Below are positions 33,999 to 37,341 of a DNA stretch of 37,341 bases, piece after piece. The notes under the pieces are model-generated. The model was not told where the DNA came from. It did not search any database and saw only the letters and a program-made list of their open reading frames with translations. Position 1 is the stretch's first letter. Every line of letters starts with the position of its first letter. The position numbers were made by a program, and so were the translations under genes. Source of the stretch: Planctomycetota bacterium (lineage in GTDB: Bacteria > Planctomycetota > UBA1135 > UBA2386); contig JAYYEE010000227.1 of assembly GCA_036160175.1 (NCBI GenBank), forward strand, positions 1-37,341, given 5' to 3'.

Positions 33999-34983
33999 CG
34001 TCGAGCAGCGGGTGCAGGCGTTCTTCGCGTCACTAGAGAAGGCGCTCGGCGGGCCGCACGAGCAGAGCGACGCGGTGCAGGCCGAGCTGCGCGCAGACCT
34101 GGAGGCGCAGGTCGGCGACGCGGTCGCGGCCGGCGCAGACCGAGACGCGGCGTGGAGCGACGCGCTTCAAGCGATGGGGGAGCCTGAGGCGCTCGCGCGC
34201 TCGATGCGCGGCGCGCTGCCGCCGTCGATGCCGCGGACATGGGTGCGCAACCTGCGAATGATCGGCGCCGGCCTGGTCGTGGCGTGGACGATGACGATCC
34301 TGTTCCAGTTCCGCAGCTGGGACTACGGAATCGATCTGCGCATGACGTCGATCGTGCTGGGGGTGCACCTGCCGCTCGCGCTGCTGCTCTGGCCGGGCGT
34401 GATCTGGCGCTGGAACCCGCTGTTCCACACGGGCTCTTCGCTTGCGTTCATCTTCGGGCTCTTGCTGCTGGATGCGTGGGCGCGGAACACGACGATCACC
34501 CACGAGCTAGGCGCGGAGCTCGCCGTAGCGGGGGAGGCGAGCGAGGCAGGCACGGCGGCGGCGCCGCTGCTGCCGAGTTGGGAGTGGTCGGACCTAGTCC
34601 CCTGGCTGTTCGGGGCGCTGGTCGTGCTGACGTTCTGGCTGATGCAGCGGCGCAGGCAGCGCTGGCAGGCGCTCGCCTTGACGGTGGGATTGGTGGCGCC
34701 GATCGAGGCCGTCTACCAGATCGAGGAGGGCTTCTTCCGCGCCGAGGCGCAGCACGCAGCGGCCTGGGTCGAGGCCCGGTATGAAGAGCGCGGGGTGCTG
34801 CCGACCAGCGAGGAGTTCGCGCAGGAATACGAGGCGCTGTGGCTGTCGCGGCTCCACTACTACCCGAAGAAAGGAACGGACCCGGACGGCTCCCCTGCCT
34901 GGGCGCTGCACTGGGCGCGCGCGACGCAGCACAGCAGCGGGCTGGGCTACCGCTCGGACGGCAGGTTCTGGGGCAACGACTGA
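33991..34983 (+). CDS. Membrane protein partnered with PadR (N-terminal DUF1700/HAAS-like helical region, about 5 TM helices)
   Basis: The ATG overlaps the padR stop by 8 nt. The N-terminal soluble helices (VQAFFASLEKAL...ELRADLEAQV) are followed by hydrophobic helices. The family call is tentative. Confidence 0.55.
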   Translation: MPSVEQRVQAFFASLEKALGGPHEQSDAVQAELRADLEAQVGDAVAAGADRDAAWSDALQAMGEPEALARSMRGALPPSMPRTWVRNLRMIGAGLVVAWTMTILFQFRSWDYGIDLRMTSIVLGVHLPLALLLWPGVIWRWNPLFHTGSSLAFIFGLLLLDAWARNTTITHELGAELAVAGEASEAGTAAAPLLPSWEWSDLVPWLFGALVVLTFWLMQRRRQRWQALALTVGLVAPIEAVYQIEEGFFRAEAQHAAAWVEARYEERGVLPTSEEFAQEYEALWLSRLHYYPKKGTDPDGSPAWALHWARATQHSSGLGYRSDGRFWGND

Positions 34984-35152
34984 GCCGGGGCATCCGCGGC
35001 AGCTGGAAGCTTTGACGCCGTTAATATTTACACATGGCGTCCGTCGCGTCGTCGCCGAGGAAGCGGCAGCGCACATGGCCGCAGCGGCGACGTCCAAAAT
35101 GCGAGTAATCCGGGTGCTGCTTTGGGGGCCCGCCTATCGTTTCGACCGATGA

Positions 35153-35332
<180 letters not shown>

Positions 35333-35387
35333 ACGGATACTGAGGCGGAGCGACAGCTGTTCAGGGTGCGCCCGGCCGCTCCGCGCG

Positions 35388-36653
35388 CTAGTCCGCGGGC
35401 AGCTGGTAGCCGGCGCGGCGCTCGTAATCGCACAGGGCGTTCGCTTCGGCGTCGTCGACGAAGCGCCATCGGACGGGGTCCCACCGCAGCTTGCGGCGCA
35501 GCCGGTAGGCGACGTTGAGCAGGTGGCAGATCGCGACGCTGCCGGCGCCGACCTCGACGGGGCACGTGGTTTGGTCGCCGCCGCGGATGGCTTGCAGCCA
35601 GTCTTCGGCGTGGCTCTTGCGGCGCGGAAGCAGCGCGGCGTCAGCGGGGAGGGGCTCCTCAAGCAGCTTCGTTGGCTCTGCGCCGATGCGCGGTCGATCG
35701 ACCGCGAGCGTGCCCTTGGTGCCGACAAACGTCGCGCCGCTGCGCCCGCCGTGCACGACTCTTACGCCGTCGTCAAACACCACGGACGCGCCCGTCATCG
35801 CGCCGTCGACGAGCGGCGGGTGCACCTCGACCGGTCCGCTGCCGTCACGGCCAAGCGCCCACATCGCGATGTCAAAGTGGTGCGCGCCCATGTCGGCGAG
35901 TCCGCCGCCGGCGTACTCCCAGTAGCGGCGCCACGACGGATAATGCGTATGCACGCCGCGCGGTGACAGGTCGGAGTGGTAGGCGCGCATGGGCGCTGGT
36001 CCTAGCCAGCGGTCCCAGTCTAAGCCCGCCTCGGTCTCCTCGGCTGGCAGCGCGCAGGCCTTCGGCGGGTCGCCGACGCCGACGTGCACGGTGAGCACGT
36101 CGCCGATTCGGCCGTTGCGGATCAGCTCCGCAGCGCGGACGAACCGCTGCCCGAACTCGGTGCGCTGCTGGCTACCCGTTTGGAACGCGACGCCTGCCCT
36201 TTGCACCGCAGGGACGACCAACTGCGCCTCGCGCAGCGTCAGCGTCAGCGGCTTCTCGCAGTAGATGTGTTTGCCGCGCTTAGCGGCGTCGAGGATCTGA
36301 TGGCAGTGCCAGTGGTCCGGCGTCGCGATCACGACCGCGTCGACGTCGGCGCGGTCCATCGCGTCTTCGTGCCGCGTGGTCGCGTAGCAGTCGGTGTTCG
36401 GCTGCCGCGTGTCGGCGAGCTCCTTAGCGGCGTTCAGTCGCGACTTGTCGACGTCACAGACCGCGACGACCTCAAAGCCTTCGCGCAGGAACGCGCCGCG
36501 CATCAGGTTCATGCCGCGTTTGCCGGGTCCGATGACTGCGAGGCGCACGGGTGGCCGCGCGGTGTCGGTCGCTCCGGTCGAGGGCAGCGCGGCGACGAGC
36601 GCGGCCGAGGCCGCGCCGCGGTGGAATTCTCTACGCGAGAGGAGTGGGCTCAT
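35388..36653 (-). CDS. Gfo/Idh/MocA-family oxidoreductase with a twin-arginine (Tat) signal
   Basis: The N-terminus is SRREFHRGAASAALVAA. Rossmann region RLAVIGPGKRG, plus ATPDHWH and YCEKPLT, typical of the family. Confidence 0.85.
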   Translation of the reverse strand: MSPLLSRREFHRGAASAALVAALPSTGATDTARPPVRLAVIGPGKRGMNLMRGAFLREGFEVVAVCDVDKSRLNAAKELADTRQPNTDCYATTRHEDAMDRADVDAVVIATPDHWHCHQILDAAKRGKHIYCEKPLTLTLREAQLVVPAVQRAGVAFQTGSQQRTEFGQRFVRAAELIRNGRIGDVLTVHVGVGDPPKACALPAEETEAGLDWDRWLGPAPMRAYHSDLSPRGVHTHYPSWRRYWEYAGGGLADMGAHHFDIAMWALGRDGSGPVEVHPPLVDGAMTGASVVFDDGVRVVHGGRSGATFVGTKGTLAVDRPRIGAEPTKLLEEPLPADAALLPRRKSHAEDWLQAIRGGDQTTCPVEVGAGSVAICHLLNVAYRLRRKLRWDPVRWRFVDDAEANALCDYERRAGYQLPAD

Positions 36654-36741
36654 AGTTAGTCGGGGCTGCGGCGTCGTGGCCTCGACGCAGTATCTCGTCT
36701 GAGGGGCGGCGTGCCCACCCTGGGCGCCTAGGTCGCGCAGT

Positions 36742-37149
36742 TCACCGGCGCGCTGGGTCGAACGGCGCGCTGTGATCGCGGCCCATCGCTGGCTCTAGGG
36801 TGACCTTACCCGGAGTAACTCCCTCAACGACCCCGTCGATGTAGGCGACTTCGCCGACGCGACACCAGTCGGCGTGCCCTTGCCAGTCGCGGAATACCGC
36901 GGTCACGCCGCCCTCGAGCTCGACGACGCATCGCGGCGGCTCGGTGGTGTCCACGCTTACGATCGCGCCGCGCATGCTGACCTTCTGGCCGAGATATTCG
37001 CGCGCCGCTGCGGCAGCGTCGGTCGATTCGAACTGCGCAGCGGGCTCGCCGTAGTCCATCACCCAACCCTGGCAGCCCGCGGACGTCAGCAAGTAGCCAG
37101 ACAGGGCGAAGGTCATGGCGGCGAAGAGGGTGTTACGGCGTGCTCTCAT
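36742..37149 (-). CDS. Hypothetical exported protein / possible lipoprotein
   Basis: Signal-like N-terminus MRARRNTLFAAMTFALSGYLLTSAGC with Cys after SAG (an imperfect lipobox). GC3 bias is present. No family was recognised. Confidence 0.5.
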   Translation of the reverse strand: MRARRNTLFAAMTFALSGYLLTSAGCQGWVMDYGEPAAQFESTDAAAAAREYLGQKVSMRGAIVSVDTTEPPRCVVELEGGVTAVFRDWQGHADWCRVGEVAYIDGVVEGVTPGKVTLEPAMGRDHSAPFDPARR

Positions 37150-37341
37150 GGAGTTCGGGTTTGATTGATCGTTGGCGCGACGAGTCAGACCCCCGCCGCC
37201 ACCAGCAATGTCGCCGAGTTAGGCGCGCCGGTGTCGGCGTTCTCTCTTCACGCGTCGTTAAGGCGCCCTTATCGATCCTGTTTGCGCTGGCCCGTCGCCG
37301 GTCGCGGCGGCAAGTCGCAGCGGCTGCGCAGGGTCGCGATG

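Noticed and set aside
37269-37340. A possible 3' end of a minus-strand gene running into the window edge (..IATLRSRCDLPPRPATGQRKQDR*).
   Set aside because: Only 23 codons are visible. GC3 is suggestive, but there is no motif, so the evidence is too thin to call.

Overview
This is a gene-dense, very GC-rich (about 70% by eye, not computed) bacterial chromosomal segment with strong GC3 codon bias. That bias produces many long antisense 'shadow' ORFs, which I do not call. I support 36 intact protein-coding genes, 2 gene remnants and a few RNA hairpins or operator-like repeats. I recognised no rRNA, tRNA, CRISPR array or IS/transposase. Operons are defined by repeated 4-nt start/stop overlaps (ATGA/GTGA).

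Housekeeping genes: purH (3' part), yggS, nth, modABC, etfBA-ychF and epmB/efp/epmA.

Accessory content:
1. A divergent 8-gene cluster (2576-8867). One arm holds a RibD_C-like reductase, an MDR dehydrogenase, an active-site-degenerate PTPS/QueD-like protein and a GT4 glycosyltransferase. The other arm holds a CDP-alcohol phosphatidyltransferase, a PEMT/ICMT-like membrane methyltransferase and two SAM methyltransferases. I cannot assign it to a known pathway. It looks like a system for an unusual modified, methylated and possibly glycosylated lipid head group.
2. A DsbD-family membrane thiol-disulfide reductase (31084-33519). Its C-terminal thioredoxin domain is interrupted by an in-frame TGA exactly at the first Cys of the CxxC motif, giving U-N-S-C. 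A hairpin follows. This is a predicted selenoprotein that ORF callers split in two.
3. A 4-gene operon (30522-24277) containing a 1142-aa GlmS-like amidotransferase/2xSIS protein with three extra modules, plus a DegT aminotransferase.
4. A PadR regulator with a membrane partner, a secreted HEAT+VWA protein, and a sulfotransferase next to a secreted CocE/NonD-like hydrolase.
5. A methyltransferase pseudogene and an aldehyde dehydrogenase 3' remnant.

The taxon cannot be determined from this window. Gene content and composition are compatible with a Myxococcota- or Planctomycetota-like high-GC organism, which is a low-confidence inference.
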